Shown in pieces: positions 17,821 to 28,486 of a DNA stretch of 64,000 bases. Origin of the DNA: an uncultured virus (IMG/VR IMGVR_UViG_3300033153_002864). Its lineage: Duplodnaviria; Heunggongvirae; Uroviricota; Caudoviricetes. Each line of letters begins with the position of its first letter. The first letter of the stretch is position 1. The position numbers were made by a program, and so were the translations under genes. The notes under the pieces are model-generated. The model was not told where the DNA came from, ran no database searches, and saw only the letters and a list, made by a program, of their open reading frames with translations. The stretch is taken from the IMG/VR virus record IMGVR_UViG_3300033153_002864; one strand, written 5' to 3'.

Positions 17821-18519
17821 ATGATTTCAGGAAGAAATTATTTTGCATTAATCAATGGGGTAGCTAACACGCCTGCTGCGAGTGGAACACCTTCAAAAAT
17901 TAATGTAACGGCACAATTCAATCCGTTTAGATCGGAATTAAAAAGCGCTATCAGCATTGCTCAGCAAGTTGGTACTGCTGGTTTTTTAACTGTAACTTTT
18001 GCAGGTACTTACGCTGTAGGTGACTTAGTGAGATTAACGATTACTTCTAATTTGACTTCTCGTCAAGCTTGGAGAAAATCTTATACTCATGTTGTTCAAG
18101 CTGGTCTTGCAACTGTAACAGATATAGCTAATGCTTTTACTGCAATGATTGCGGCTGATGTGGCTAACACATTAAATACGCCTTATTCTGCTGTAGCTAA
18201 TGTAGCAGGTGTTATGACTGTTACTCAGTTAGATGATGACAAGAAAGGATTAGTTGGTTATACATTTACTGATAGTGCTGCTGGTACTATTGTTAATGTT
18301 CCTACGGCAACTGTTATTTCAGAAGGTCAGCCATCTGATTTAGTTGACAAAGGTATCGATGCGGGATTAATTACTGCAGCAAATTATACGACTGTAAGAA
18401 TTACATTCCATGCTGATGCTGCTATTCCTTTTATCGATTCTCAAGGAGCTACTTGTAGAGAGATATACTGGTATGGTACGCCTGCACAAGCTGCGGCATT
18501 GGTTGCGTTAATACCGTAA
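17821..18519 (+). CDS. virion structural protein (auxiliary capsid/decoration-like)
   Basis: A/T/V-rich beta protein, high-expression codons, followed by a terminator. Confidence 0.6.
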   Translation: MISGRNYFALINGVANTPAASGTPSKINVTAQFNPFRSELKSAISIAQQVGTAGFLTVTFAGTYAVGDLVRLTITSNLTSRQAWRKSYTHVVQAGLATVTDIANAFTAMIAADVANTLNTPYSAVANVAGVMTVTQLDDDKKGLVGYTFTDSAAGTIVNVPTATVISEGQPSDLVDKGIDAGLITAANYTTVRITFHADAAIPFIDSQGATCREIYWYGTPAQAAALVALIP

Positions 18520-18540
18520 TCAACATACAATTGTTCATTC

Positions 18541-18574
18541 AAAAGGTGGTGGTCCAAAGCCACCGCCTTTTTTT
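18541..18574 (+). terminator. intrinsic terminator after the capsid operon
   Basis: AAAAGGTGGTGG-loop-CCACCGCCTTTTTTT. Confidence 0.8.
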
Positions 18575-18585
18575 AATTTATAAAT

Positions 18586-19284
18586 ATGCCTACTTTAGAC
18601 CAATATGCTTATAACATCAGAAACATTGCTCGTGGAGGGCAAGGAGATTCTGACGATGAAAGATTAAAAATCAAACAAATTAAATTTTGGATAAATGGTT
18701 ATCGTGCTTCCGGAATCTTTCAAGTTTCTGATTATGGTAAAAATATCGATCCACAATTAATTCAAGACTTAGGTGTTGTTCCCTTACAAGAAGTTGATAA
18801 GGCTGATTCTGATTGTCCAAAAGTAGAGTGGGGCTGTACTATTAAAAAAGTTGTTATCCCAAAATTGGTTGATTTTCCTGAGATGAGAGCATTGTCTTAT
18901 GTTGGAAAGATTGATAAGCAATCTCCATTCATTGTAAATTATCCTGACGTTGCTCAATATAAAGCAGAAACAAAATTTGGACACTTATCTAGTCGTGCTT
19001 TTTTAATTGGACAGAACCTATATGTAATACTTGTTGAAGATGATGTTAATATGGCGTTTATAAATTTTAGAGGTGTATTTGAGGAGCCTGAAAATGTTGA
19101 GGCATATCCATCAGAAGGTTGTGATGTTAAATGTTATGATTCTTCAACGGATCCTTACCCAATGCCTTTTAGGTTATATGAGTATGTTCTTACGAGTATT
19201 CTTAGGAATGAATTAAATTGGACAACGCAAGCAATTAATGACGAACTTAATAACGGAAGATTAGATAATGCAAAAATTGGATAA
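18586..19284 (+). CDS. tail ring protein
   Basis: QIKFWINGYRA ... RGVFEEP ... YPMP pattern; crAss-like synteny. Confidence 0.7.
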   Translation: MPTLDQYAYNIRNIARGGQGDSDDERLKIKQIKFWINGYRASGIFQVSDYGKNIDPQLIQDLGVVPLQEVDKADSDCPKVEWGCTIKKVVIPKLVDFPEMRALSYVGKIDKQSPFIVNYPDVAQYKAETKFGHLSSRAFLIGQNLYVILVEDDVNMAFINFRGVFEEPENVEAYPSEGCDVKCYDSSTDPYPMPFRLYEYVLTSILRNELNWTTQAINDELNNGRLDNAKIG

Positions 19285-19783
19285 CCATGGCCGTTATAAT
19301 TTATACGGTGTATATTTAGAATGTAAGGACGAAATGGATTCTGGTATTAATTCCTTTCCAAAAGGAGTTACAAAATCTAAGGAAGTTACATACCGAACAT
19401 TTGCAATGGTGATTAAAATGTATTTCAAAATTTCATTTGAAATGCTACTCAAGGGAATGAGTGTTCCTTTGTTAAATAAGTTTGGAATACTTAATGTTGT
19501 TAAAACACAATGTATTCGATATAATCCTTATAGATTTGCAATATATAAAGATGAGTCAGGGAAAGTTATAAGTAAAAAAGTTAAAATAAAATTAAAGTCT
19601 GGTTATTGGTATTTTGTTTTCTGGGATTCTCCTAAGAAATGGAGACAGTACAGGTTTAATATCAATATAAAATATAAAAGAGCATACATGGAGTTGGTTA
19701 ATGATGGATTTGATTATCTTGACTACACTTTAGATGGTTACGGTAGGAATGCTTCAATTGATTATATACAACATATAAAATAG
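19268..19783 (+). CDS. IHF/HU-like protein of the crAss-like structural module
   Basis: GMSVPLLNKFGILNVVK HU-fold segment; synteny. Confidence 0.6.
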   Translation: MQKLDNHGRYNLYGVYLECKDEMDSGINSFPKGVTKSKEVTYRTFAMVIKMYFKISFEMLLKGMSVPLLNKFGILNVVKTQCIRYNPYRFAIYKDESGKVISKKVKIKLKSGYWYFVFWDSPKKWRQYRFNINIKYKRAYMELVNDGFDYLDYTLDGYGRNASIDYIQHIK

Positions 19784-19785
19784 CT

Positions 19786-20988
19786 ATGGGTAATACTGCA
19801 AATAAAATTTCATTAAACAGAATCATTGGTGATGTTATTGGGAATCTTAATTTAAAAGTTACAAATAATATCAAAGATGATTTTGCAAGATGGGCTTGTG
19901 AGGCTGAAGGTAAGATAGGTTCTACTTCGTCTTATCGTCATTATGAATGTGAGTTAACAATAAGAAATCGTAAAGCATCTTTGCCACCTAATTTCTCTTA
20001 TCTAGAAGCTCTTAAGATTGGTAATAAGATTATCAATGTAACTGAGCGTTCATTTAGATTATTTAATAAAGGATTTAAGGCTGGATCTCCACTTGCACCT
20101 TCTAATTTTATTGGCGGTCAAAAGGTTACAAATACTCCAGGTGTTCCATTAGTTATCGATGTGAAACTAGCAGGAGCTTTTACTGCAGGTGATGTTATTA
20201 CTGTAACGGTAACTGCAAATAATTGTGGTTCTGTAAACTCAAACACTTTTAATTACATTGTTCAGGCGGGAGATTCGTTAACTGTAATTGCTGCAAATAT
20301 TTCTACACAAATTAATGCTATCGGAAGTATTGGTTATTCATCTGCTCCCGGAAACGATTTGTTTCAAGTTATTGGTGATGACCCTACTATATCTTTTCAG
20401 GTTGCTTTATTTACTGATAGTGTTAATGGAAGTTTAACGCAATGTGTAACTCAGCAAAGAGTTCCACCTAAAACGAATACTGTTAATTTAAACAACACAA
20501 ATAAAAACCCAATACTACAATCTAATAATCTTGCAAACGCTTCTGTTGCCGAATTGAATACTGGTTTACAGTCTAATGGCGCTAATGGATGGAGTGGTCG
20601 AAACAGTTTAAATAGTAATGGTTATGATTACGGTGATTATTCTGCTTCTGTTTTCTCTATAGATAATGGTTGTATTAATTTTAATGCCTTAGATGATACA
20701 AAAATAGGTGTCTCTTACATGGGTGTTGAATTAGATAAAGAAGGTTGGCCGTTAGTATCAGAAACTCATGAAGATGCTGTTACTGCTTATATTATGTATA
20801 TGCACAAAGCAATAAGTTTTTACAATGGGAAAACTCCATTATATGTTTATGAGAAATTAGAGCGTAGATGGTTTGACTTATGTGGTCAAGCAAGAGGTGA
20901 CGATGAATTGCCAAATGCAGAAGAAATGAAATATTTAGCAAATATGTGGATGCAATTAGTTCCGCTACCAAGTCTTGAAAACTTTTAA
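19786..20988 (+). CDS. tail tubular/ring protein with inserted beta domain
   Basis: KASLP...LDKEGWPLV...AVTAYI ring pattern; upstream of the muzzle gene. Confidence 0.7.
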   Translation: MGNTANKISLNRIIGDVIGNLNLKVTNNIKDDFARWACEAEGKIGSTSSYRHYECELTIRNRKASLPPNFSYLEALKIGNKIINVTERSFRLFNKGFKAGSPLAPSNFIGGQKVTNTPGVPLVIDVKLAGAFTAGDVITVTVTANNCGSVNSNTFNYIVQAGDSLTVIAANISTQINAIGSIGYSSAPGNDLFQVIGDDPTISFQVALFTDSVNGSLTQCVTQQRVPPKTNTVNLNNTNKNPILQSNNLANASVAELNTGLQSNGANGWSGRNSLNSNGYDYGDYSASVFSIDNGCINFNALDDTKIGVSYMGVELDKEGWPLVSETHEDAVTAYIMYMHKAISFYNGKTPLYVYEKLERRWFDLCGQARGDDELPNAEEMKYLANMWMQLVPLPSLENF

Positions 20989-20990
20989 TT

Positions 20991-23900
20991 ATGCAAGGAG
21001 ATTCAGCAATAAATGTATTTAGTGGAGGAATGTCTGGTGATATAGATATTCTCAATACTGACCCGTCTACTTATAGAGATTCTATGAATGGTAGACTGAT
21101 GTTTAATAAGGATGGTACTTATTCTTGGGAGACAGAGAACGGAAGTAAAATTTCGTTTATACTCTCCGCTAATGGTGGGGCAGACAGTCGGACATATAAA
21201 ATATTAGGTAACACTGGTAATGATAATATTCGTATTATCTGGTCACATTATGAAGATGCAAGTCCTGCGTTATCTAATTCTGAAATTGGAATATTCTCAA
21301 TTAATGAAGCTGGCATTGGACAATACAAAACTTTATTTAATGATGTAAATGACCCTAATGGAGATAAATTAACTCTTCTTTATAAGAATCAAATTGAAGC
21401 AAGATTTGTTTATGAAAACCCTAAAATAATTAGATGTTATTGGATTGATGGAATTGCTATTGATAGTAATCGCCCAAGAGTTATAACAATGAGTTTTGAT
21501 GAAAATCTGGCTACTCCCCTTGGAAACGAATCTGATGTAAGTGCTTATTCTGTAGATAATCCATCTGTATTCGGAATGAATAGTCAGACCAATTTTAAAA
21601 TGGGATTGCTTAAGTATGTTAAGAATGTTGGTGGTGGTTTGCTATCAGGAGTTTATCAATACACCTATAGTTTAGGAACTAAGGAAGGTTACAACACTCC
21701 TTGGTACCCACCTACACGTAGGGTATTTGTGGCTAATGCTCAGGTAGATAGTTCTAACTGGCATAAATATCAATTTAGTTCTGGAGGTGTTTCTACAAGT
21801 AAGGGAAATCAAGTTCAAATTAAAGGGATTGATCAACGATATGATAGAATAAGAGTGGCATATATTTACTCTGTAACTAGTTCTACCGTAGTTCATTCTA
21901 AAATATTTTTACAAACTAAAGTTGATAAAAACCCAGGTGGAGATACAATGACTTTTGACCATGTTGGAAATATTGGAGAACCATTATTAACATCTGAAAT
22001 AGCTGATATATTTAGTGGTATTTTAGGGGCTAAAACTTTAAACATAAAAGATTCTACATTATATTATGGAAATATTAAAGAAAATATTTTACAAGAATTT
22101 GATTTAGAACCTATTTTAGAAAACTTAACTATTACGCCATTCTTTAAAGATATGCGTTCTGATGAAGGTCAGCCAGGTGTTTCAAATTTAACCCGTCCTA
22201 TTACACATCAATATCCTAAAACTGGTATAACTCAAATACAGCAACATGATGATTCGGGTGGTACAGAAGATTATGTTATTGATAAAGATTATGTAAATTA
22301 TAAAGGAACACAAATAGATCATTCTTGTTCTGGTTATTTTAGGGCAGAAACTTATCGTATGGCTATTGTGTTTTTTGATTTATTAGGATTTGAATCTTTT
22401 TCATTTCATTTGGCTGATATACAAATGCCAAATATAACGGGAGCCGATTATGAGTGGAATAGGATTAGAGAAGATGGTTCCATTGTTAATTTTCAGGGTA
22501 ATTTAGGTGTTCCTGCTTGGCAAACAAATAATTATAACTATGATAATTTTAGAAGTCGAAAAGTTTTAGTTGGAGATGTAGGTCAGAATTATATTACTGG
22601 CACTGGAACAAGATCCGTTTCTCATTTAAAGATAATGGGATTAAAGTTTGGTGGTATTGATATTTCAAGTATTAAGAATTTAATTAGTGGATTTAAAATT
22701 GTAAGAGCTCCAAGAGATAAAACAATTTTACTACAAGGCTCTATTATGCCCTGTGTTGGAACTGATGACAATGAAGATGGACCTGTAGTGTTACCTTTAC
22801 CAAGTACGCATCAAAACTTTTATGATTTTGGTCAAAGTTCAGCTCCTAATGGAAATTCAATTGCTTCTGATGTTAAATTAGAGAAGCCTTTTGCTTTTCA
22901 TAATGAAGGAACTAATCCAGAGGATAGATATTTTGTTAGACCTAATACTTCTGTAATGTATGCTCCTGCTATAAATTTTGGTACCGCAGGACTTCCAAAT
23001 ATCCAAAGTGAAGATCAAGTTAAAATTGTTGGTTGTGCATGGGATACATATAATGATACAAATCCTGATGATGGTACAAACACTTCAAGAGCATTTAGAG
23101 CTACTGCTCAATATATGTGGTATGGCAAACATTATAACACTTGGAATGATTGGCATAAGCCAGGCTTTTCTACTAACCCTTTTCCAAGATATGAATCTTA
23201 TATGGAAGGTATTGTAAGAGTTGACCTTTTAAATCCAAGAGGATTTATAGAAGATTGGATTTCAAATACAGCTGGTGGTGTAAGATTAAATAATGATGTA
23301 ACTGCTAAGGATGCCGATGATAATAATCGCTCTGCACATGGGGCTTTTAGCACTATATACATGAATCATGGAAATTTTATTCCAACATCCTCGTCTGGAG
23401 GAACTAATGATTTTTCTTATGCTCCTTTATTTAAAAATGGGGATCCTTCATCAAGTGGTTATCCGGGAATTTCTATAGGAATTTCTATGGAGTTTATGGG
23501 GCATTTACTTTTTAATTGGGTAAGACCAAATCCTCAACCATACGGAGGGCTTACCTTAAGCTCATTAGAAACTACTATATTTTATGGAACAGGTCATTTT
23601 CAGCCTATAAATAATGTTACGTTTGATGCTCAGGGAATGCCTGCTGATAATATCTTTAACGGTATTGAAGTTTGGGGTGGAGATTGTTTTTTAGATTATA
23701 TATCTCACATGAGAATGTATCCTCACTCTAAAGATTTAGATGATGATGATTACTCTGATGGTAGGATATTTCCATGGGAAAATGAATATAATCATACAAT
23801 GAGGTTTGCAGGAACTGCAGGCGGAGTTGGTACTGACTTAATGCTTGTTTGGACTAATGTAATGGCTAGACCAAGGGGAGATTTGTCTGGCTATCCAGCC

Positions 23901-25454
23901 TCTGCTCATGGTTTGTATAGTGGAGATAGTGATCCAGATGGAGGTCCTACTGGAGTTTTTGAAGAGTTTCATATTAATGATGCACTTAATTTTCAAGAGT
24001 TAACAGAATTTTACAATCCTAAACCAATTAACTTTTTGTCTAATGATATATTTCCAGTTCGATGGAGATATAGCCCGGATAAAATATATGGAGATCCAAT
24101 TGATACTTGGAGAACGTTTCAAGTAAATGATTTTAGAGATTTGAATGGTAGATATGGTGAAATTACAAGTTCACTTTATATATTTAATCAAATATATTCT
24201 TGGCAGGTCTCTGCATTTGGAAGGTTAAGAGCTTCTGATAGAGCATTAATAGAGTCGGAAAATCAAGGGTCATTAAGTACTGGAGTTGGAGATAAGCTTG
24301 ATGGTGTAGATTATATTTCTACAGAGTTTGGGAATCAACATCAATGGAGTTTGTTTGCCTCAAATTCTGCTGCTTATTGGGTTGATGTTAATAAGAGGAA
24401 GATAATGAAGTTTGCTCAAGATGGTCAAAATCCATTGTCTGATATTAAAGGTCAGCATCAATACCTAGAGCAAGAACTTCCACTATTTGAGGACTATGAT
24501 AATCCTGTATTAAATAGAGGTGTTCATGGCGTGTTTGATTTTGGAAATAATGAGGCGATATTTACTTTCAATAGAGATAGATACCTTTATCCAGACGATA
24601 ATAATAATATTGTTTTGGTTTCTAGATCTGAACTTGGAAAAACTTATTCGCCATATATTGTTGAACAAAATCAATCGGCAGTACTTAGCTCTACATCTAA
24701 TGGTCAATCCGTTTATTTGCCTAATGGAAATATAGGTGTTGGTATTAATGAAAATACAATATTATATTTAATGCCAGAGCCTAATGCGTATGTAACATTT
24801 GATGTTTACAATGTTGACAATAGTGGAATATCATTATTATTTACCGCAAGTCCTGGAAAATATTATAGATGTTTTAGGCATGGAATTAATGATGCTTGGA
24901 TGTATGAAGAGGTTCTAAAAAATGATACTACTCCTCATAAAGAAAGTCTTACTTATAGTGAGTATGGAAATTGGTTTTCAAGTTATCATTCGTATTCGCC
25001 AACAGCATATATTGGAACCAAGTTTGTTGTGATGTCGCAAGACTCTAAAGGAATTTATAATCCTATTAGAGAGGTTATGGTTCACGATATGGGGTTAAAG
25101 GCGCACTTTCCTTCTTGGTCTAATAAATCATATTTTACTATTTCTATTAACGAATCTCCAATGGTTGCAAAATCATTTGATTCATTGAGAATAAATTGTA
25201 ACGAAGATGCTAATGCTTATATTGATACAATTCTAATGCTGACTGAAACTCAGTTCTATTTTATGGATATGAATACTGATACAAGAAAAAAATATTTAGA
25301 AGATGTATTAAGAGTTCCTTTAAGAGCCGAGGATCAACAGGATAGAATGAGAGGTAAACATTTATCACTAACAGTTGAACTAAAAAATAATACTACTTTT
25401 AGAGACAGAATCACTAACTTAGTAGCTTATTTTAGAACTTCAAAAAGATTTTAA
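20991..25454 (+). CDS. tail stabilisation / muzzle protein (P22 gp10-like)
   Basis: N-terminal FSGGMSGD...YRDSMNGR, C-terminal RMRGK; 1487 aa; synteny. Confidence 0.8.
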   Translation: MQGDSAINVFSGGMSGDIDILNTDPSTYRDSMNGRLMFNKDGTYSWETENGSKISFILSANGGADSRTYKILGNTGNDNIRIIWSHYEDASPALSNSEIGIFSINEAGIGQYKTLFNDVNDPNGDKLTLLYKNQIEARFVYENPKIIRCYWIDGIAIDSNRPRVITMSFDENLATPLGNESDVSAYSVDNPSVFGMNSQTNFKMGLLKYVKNVGGGLLSGVYQYTYSLGTKEGYNTPWYPPTRRVFVANAQVDSSNWHKYQFSSGGVSTSKGNQVQIKGIDQRYDRIRVAYIYSVTSSTVVHSKIFLQTKVDKNPGGDTMTFDHVGNIGEPLLTSEIADIFSGILGAKTLNIKDSTLYYGNIKENILQEFDLEPILENLTITPFFKDMRSDEGQPGVSNLTRPITHQYPKTGITQIQQHDDSGGTEDYVIDKDYVNYKGTQIDHSCSGYFRAETYRMAIVFFDLLGFESFSFHLADIQMPNITGADYEWNRIREDGSIVNFQGNLGVPAWQTNNYNYDNFRSRKVLVGDVGQNYITGTGTRSVSHLKIMGLKFGGIDISSIKNLISGFKIVRAPRDKTILLQGSIMPCVGTDDNEDGPVVLPLPSTHQNFYDFGQSSAPNGNSIASDVKLEKPFAFHNEGTNPEDRYFVRPNTSVMYAPAINFGTAGLPNIQSEDQVKIVGCAWDTYNDTNPDDGTNTSRAFRATAQYMWYGKHYNTWNDWHKPGFSTNPFPRYESYMEGIVRVDLLNPRGFIEDWISNTAGGVRLNNDVTAKDADDNNRSAHGAFSTIYMNHGNFIPTSSSGGTNDFSYAPLFKNGDPSSSGYPGISIGISMEFMGHLLFNWVRPNPQPYGGLTLSSLETTIFYGTGHFQPINNVTFDAQGMPADNIFNGIEVWGGDCFLDYISHMRMYPHSKDLDDDDYSDGRIFPWENEYNHTMRFAGTAGGVGTDLMLVWTNVMARPRGDLSGYPASAHGLYSGDSDPDGGPTGVFEEFHINDALNFQELTEFYNPKPINFLSNDIFPVRWRYSPDKIYGDPIDTWRTFQVNDFRDLNGRYGEITSSLYIFNQIYSWQVSAFGRLRASDRALIESENQGSLSTGVGDKLDGVDYISTEFGNQHQWSLFASNSAAYWVDVNKRKIMKFAQDGQNPLSDIKGQHQYLEQELPLFEDYDNPVLNRGVHGVFDFGNNEAIFTFNRDRYLYPDDNNNIVLVSRSELGKTYSPYIVEQNQSAVLSSTSNGQSVYLPNGNIGVGINENTILYLMPEPNAYVTFDVYNVDNSGISLLFTASPGKYYRCFRHGINDAWMYEEVLKNDTTPHKESLTYSEYGNWFSSYHSYSPTAYIGTKFVVMSQDSKGIYNPIREVMVHDMGLKAHFPSWSNKSYFTISINESPMVAKSFDSLRINCNEDANAYIDTILMLTETQFYFMDMNTDTRKKYLEDVLRVPLRAEDQQDRMRGKHLSLTVELKNNTTFRDRITNLVAYFRTSKRF

Positions 25455-25457
25455 ATT

Positions 25458-26324
25458 ATGGCAGTATTTACAAGTACATCAGAATTAGAGCAGCAGAAAC
25501 AGCATAGAAACTTCAAGAAGCAAACCGGATGGAAAGCTGGTGCAATGGCTATGATGGGTCATAATGCGGATGGAACTAAAAATTCTTTCGGTAAATATTT
25601 AGGAGGTAGTCCTTTAATGACTCTTGGTGCAGGTATTATGTCGCAAGATTCTGATGCCGAGGAAGTTATAAAGTCTCAACAAGAAGCAGAGATAAGTCAT
25701 CAGCTAGGGGTTGTTGAGTTTGTTGGTGAAATATATGGTGCGGGTGCTGCTTCGGGTGCTTCGGGAGGTGCTGGTGCAGCTAGTGGGTCTGCTACTGGTG
25801 GAAGTGCTGCTTCAATGTTTGGTCAAGGCGGTGGCGGTGCAGCAGGGCAAGGCTCTATGATGGGAAATACAATGAACTCAGCTTTAGGTGGTTCGGGTGG
25901 TGCTAATAGCTTACAATCTACAGTTGGTGGTGGAAGTTCTATGTTTAAAGAGGGAACTAAGGCAAGCGATCTTGCTAATAGCGAAGGTGGTAAAACATTA
26001 ACTAATAAATTAAGTGAACAAGGCAAGCAGTCTGTTATAGATGAAATGAATGCTTCAGCAGGTGATATACTACCATTAGAAAGTGAATATACAACAGAAG
26101 GTGATTCTGTATCTTCGGCTGGAAGTGCTAACGTTGATTCTTCAGTAAGTAGTGGACAAACTGATTCTATGAGTAGCATGGCAAGTGCGACAGAATCATT
26201 ACCATTGGTTGGTTCTGCAACAGGTTTATATGCTGAAAAAATGGCTATTGCTGATGCTTATGAAGGTAAACGTAGAGAAATTGCAGGAAGAACTACTAAA
26301 AGTTCTGGCGCTAGAAGAGTTTAA
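25458..26324 (+). CDS. Gly/Ser/Ala-rich putative ejection (cargo) protein
   Basis: Composition and position after the muzzle gene. Confidence 0.55.
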   Translation: MAVFTSTSELEQQKQHRNFKKQTGWKAGAMAMMGHNADGTKNSFGKYLGGSPLMTLGAGIMSQDSDAEEVIKSQQEAEISHQLGVVEFVGEIYGAGAASGASGGAGAASGSATGGSAASMFGQGGGGAAGQGSMMGNTMNSALGGSGGANSLQSTVGGGSSMFKEGTKASDLANSEGGKTLTNKLSEQGKQSVIDEMNASAGDILPLESEYTTEGDSVSSAGSANVDSSVSSGQTDSMSSMASATESLPLVGSATGLYAEKMAIADAYEGKRREIAGRTTKSSGARRV

Positions 26325-26326
26325 TT

Positions 26327-28474
26327 ATGGCTAAGACACAAAAAGAAATAGATAATAATGCTAGAGCTTCTGTTGAAAGGTCGCAGAAAATTTCAATGGT
26401 ATATAGAAAGCAGCAAGAGCTTGACGCGTTACAAGAAGAACTAGACTCTATTGCTGTAAAATTTAATGTAAATAAAACTGAGGCACAAAATAAAGCTGAA
26501 TTAGTAACTCCATTAGAGAGAAAGATTAAGAATGCAAAAAGTGTTTTAAATAAAGAGCATATAAAAGTAATCAATAGTGGTGATAGGGAGTTGATTAAAG
26601 ATTATAAGAAAACTTTATCTGCAGATGATTACGGTAAAAAAATTGCTTCATCTGTGAATTACAACCCTTCCAAACAATCGAAAAAAAATACGACAATGGC
26701 TAAGACTAATAAGAGAGATAAAATCGTGTCTGATTTTAGAGAGAATTTACAAGCTAAAGAAGATAAACTTGCTTATTTAGAACAAAAGGATCCTAACAGT
26801 AAGGAGTATAAGGATTTAAAAGCCGAGATAGAAAACGGTAAAATTATATCTGTTTATCAGGACCAGAAAAATAAGGAAGAACAATACGATAAAGATATTG
26901 CCGAGGCTGAGAAGAGTGGTAACTGGACAAGAGCTAAAGAGTTAGATACTGAGAAAAAATCTTTTGATAAGAATAAGGTTGATTTCGGCAAGATGACTAA
27001 AGAGCTAGAGGCAAATAATGCATTTAGATATTCGACAAGAGAAGGTGCTCAACCATTTCTTAAAACGGGTAAGGATATTTTAGACGTTAATATGGGTAAT
27101 ATTAACGAATCTTTTGCTAAAAGTAATCAAGAGTTTATTTCTGAAAGAGATGCTGAACGTGCTGCTTTAAATATTGAGAGAGCTTCTTCTGAAGATGGAT
27201 CAGGAAGTACTTCGAGTAGCGAAACTAGAAGCTCAACTTCTAGCCGTTCTGAAAAAACACAAATTGAAACTCGTCCTGAAAGACAGCCTAATGCAGCTAG
27301 TGATACTTCTGATTTAGAAAAAGGAAGTCAAGATTGGGCTCAAATAGCAGAACAAAGACAACAAGAAATTGATGATCTTAACTCAGCCGAATCTGAAGAA
27401 TTTCAATTTGATTATGCTCCAGACGGGCAAAGTGATAAAGATGTTCTTGGTAGTTTAATGGATGTTGGTAGAGGTGCTGTAGGGATGATGGGAGCTATGG
27501 AAGAAGTTCCTACTTATGAAAGAGGAACTATGTGGAATCAGGCAATGGACGAATCTGAGAGGATGCGTGATGAAGGATTGTCTGCTGATGAATTAAACTA
27601 TCGTAATCAACAAGCTGAACAAGCTTATGCATATAATGTTAAGAATATTCGTAGAGGTGCGGGAGGAAGTGCAGGAGCTTATTTAGGTAATGTTCAAAGT
27701 GCTGCTGCAGGTCTTTATGGAGAATATGGAAAGACTGCTGCTATTGATGAAGGACTTCGTAGACAGAATAGAGCTAACTTCCAAGGGATGGCTGGAAAAG
27801 ATGAGGTTATTAATCGTCAAATATTTCAAGATGATTTATCCCAGGTACTAAAAAACAAAGAACAAGGTGCTGCCTTAGTTGGTGATGCTATAAATAATAT
27901 CCAAGAGAGAGAACAATTCAGAAAGAAATATGGAAAGGATAGTGCTTCTTACGCATACAAGAAAGCTTTAACTAAAGATTTAGAATCTGAATCTTTCTAT
28001 AGAGATAAATCTAATAAAAGTAGAACTGGCAAAGCTTTACGTGAATTAGAATTTGAAAGAGATAAAGCTTTAGAAAAGTCAGGAGATGTGAATGTTATTG
28101 ATGGTGCTCAAAATGATGCGTTAGTAAAAGAAACAATGGCTAAGACTCAACAGGCTGATACATTAGGTAATAGTACTGGTTCGGGATTAGTAAATGATGC
28201 TTTAAGTAATGCTAAAACTGAAACAGTTCCTACTGAAATTAATGCAGAAGGAAAGCCTATAACTGGAGGAACAGTTACTAAGACTTCTTCTTCTCCTTCT
28301 CCTAGTGGTCAATCTGAACAAGAGATTTCTAAAGAAAATATTGCCAAAAACATAAAGAAATCTGAGCCTAAAAAACTTAAGAAAGAATTAGATATTCTTA
28401 TTGATGCAGAGCAGTATGGTGGTCTTACCAAAGAACAAGAGGTAAGAAAAAATGAATTAAAGGGATTAATTTAA
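26327..28474 (+). CDS. putative ejection (cargo) protein, coiled-coil
   Basis: Charged helical protein in the cargo cluster. Confidence 0.55.
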   Translation: MAKTQKEIDNNARASVERSQKISMVYRKQQELDALQEELDSIAVKFNVNKTEAQNKAELVTPLERKIKNAKSVLNKEHIKVINSGDRELIKDYKKTLSADDYGKKIASSVNYNPSKQSKKNTTMAKTNKRDKIVSDFRENLQAKEDKLAYLEQKDPNSKEYKDLKAEIENGKIISVYQDQKNKEEQYDKDIAEAEKSGNWTRAKELDTEKKSFDKNKVDFGKMTKELEANNAFRYSTREGAQPFLKTGKDILDVNMGNINESFAKSNQEFISERDAERAALNIERASSEDGSGSTSSSETRSSTSSRSEKTQIETRPERQPNAASDTSDLEKGSQDWAQIAEQRQQEIDDLNSAESEEFQFDYAPDGQSDKDVLGSLMDVGRGAVGMMGAMEEVPTYERGTMWNQAMDESERMRDEGLSADELNYRNQQAEQAYAYNVKNIRRGAGGSAGAYLGNVQSAAAGLYGEYGKTAAIDEGLRRQNRANFQGMAGKDEVINRQIFQDDLSQVLKNKEQGAALVGDAINNIQEREQFRKKYGKDSASYAYKKALTKDLESESFYRDKSNKSRTGKALRELEFERDKALEKSGDVNVIDGAQNDALVKETMAKTQQADTLGNSTGSGLVNDALSNAKTETVPTEINAEGKPITGGTVTKTSSSPSPSGQSEQEISKENIAKNIKKSEPKKLKKELDILIDAEQYGGLTKEQEVRKNELKGLI

Positions 28475-28486
28475 TATATTTACACA

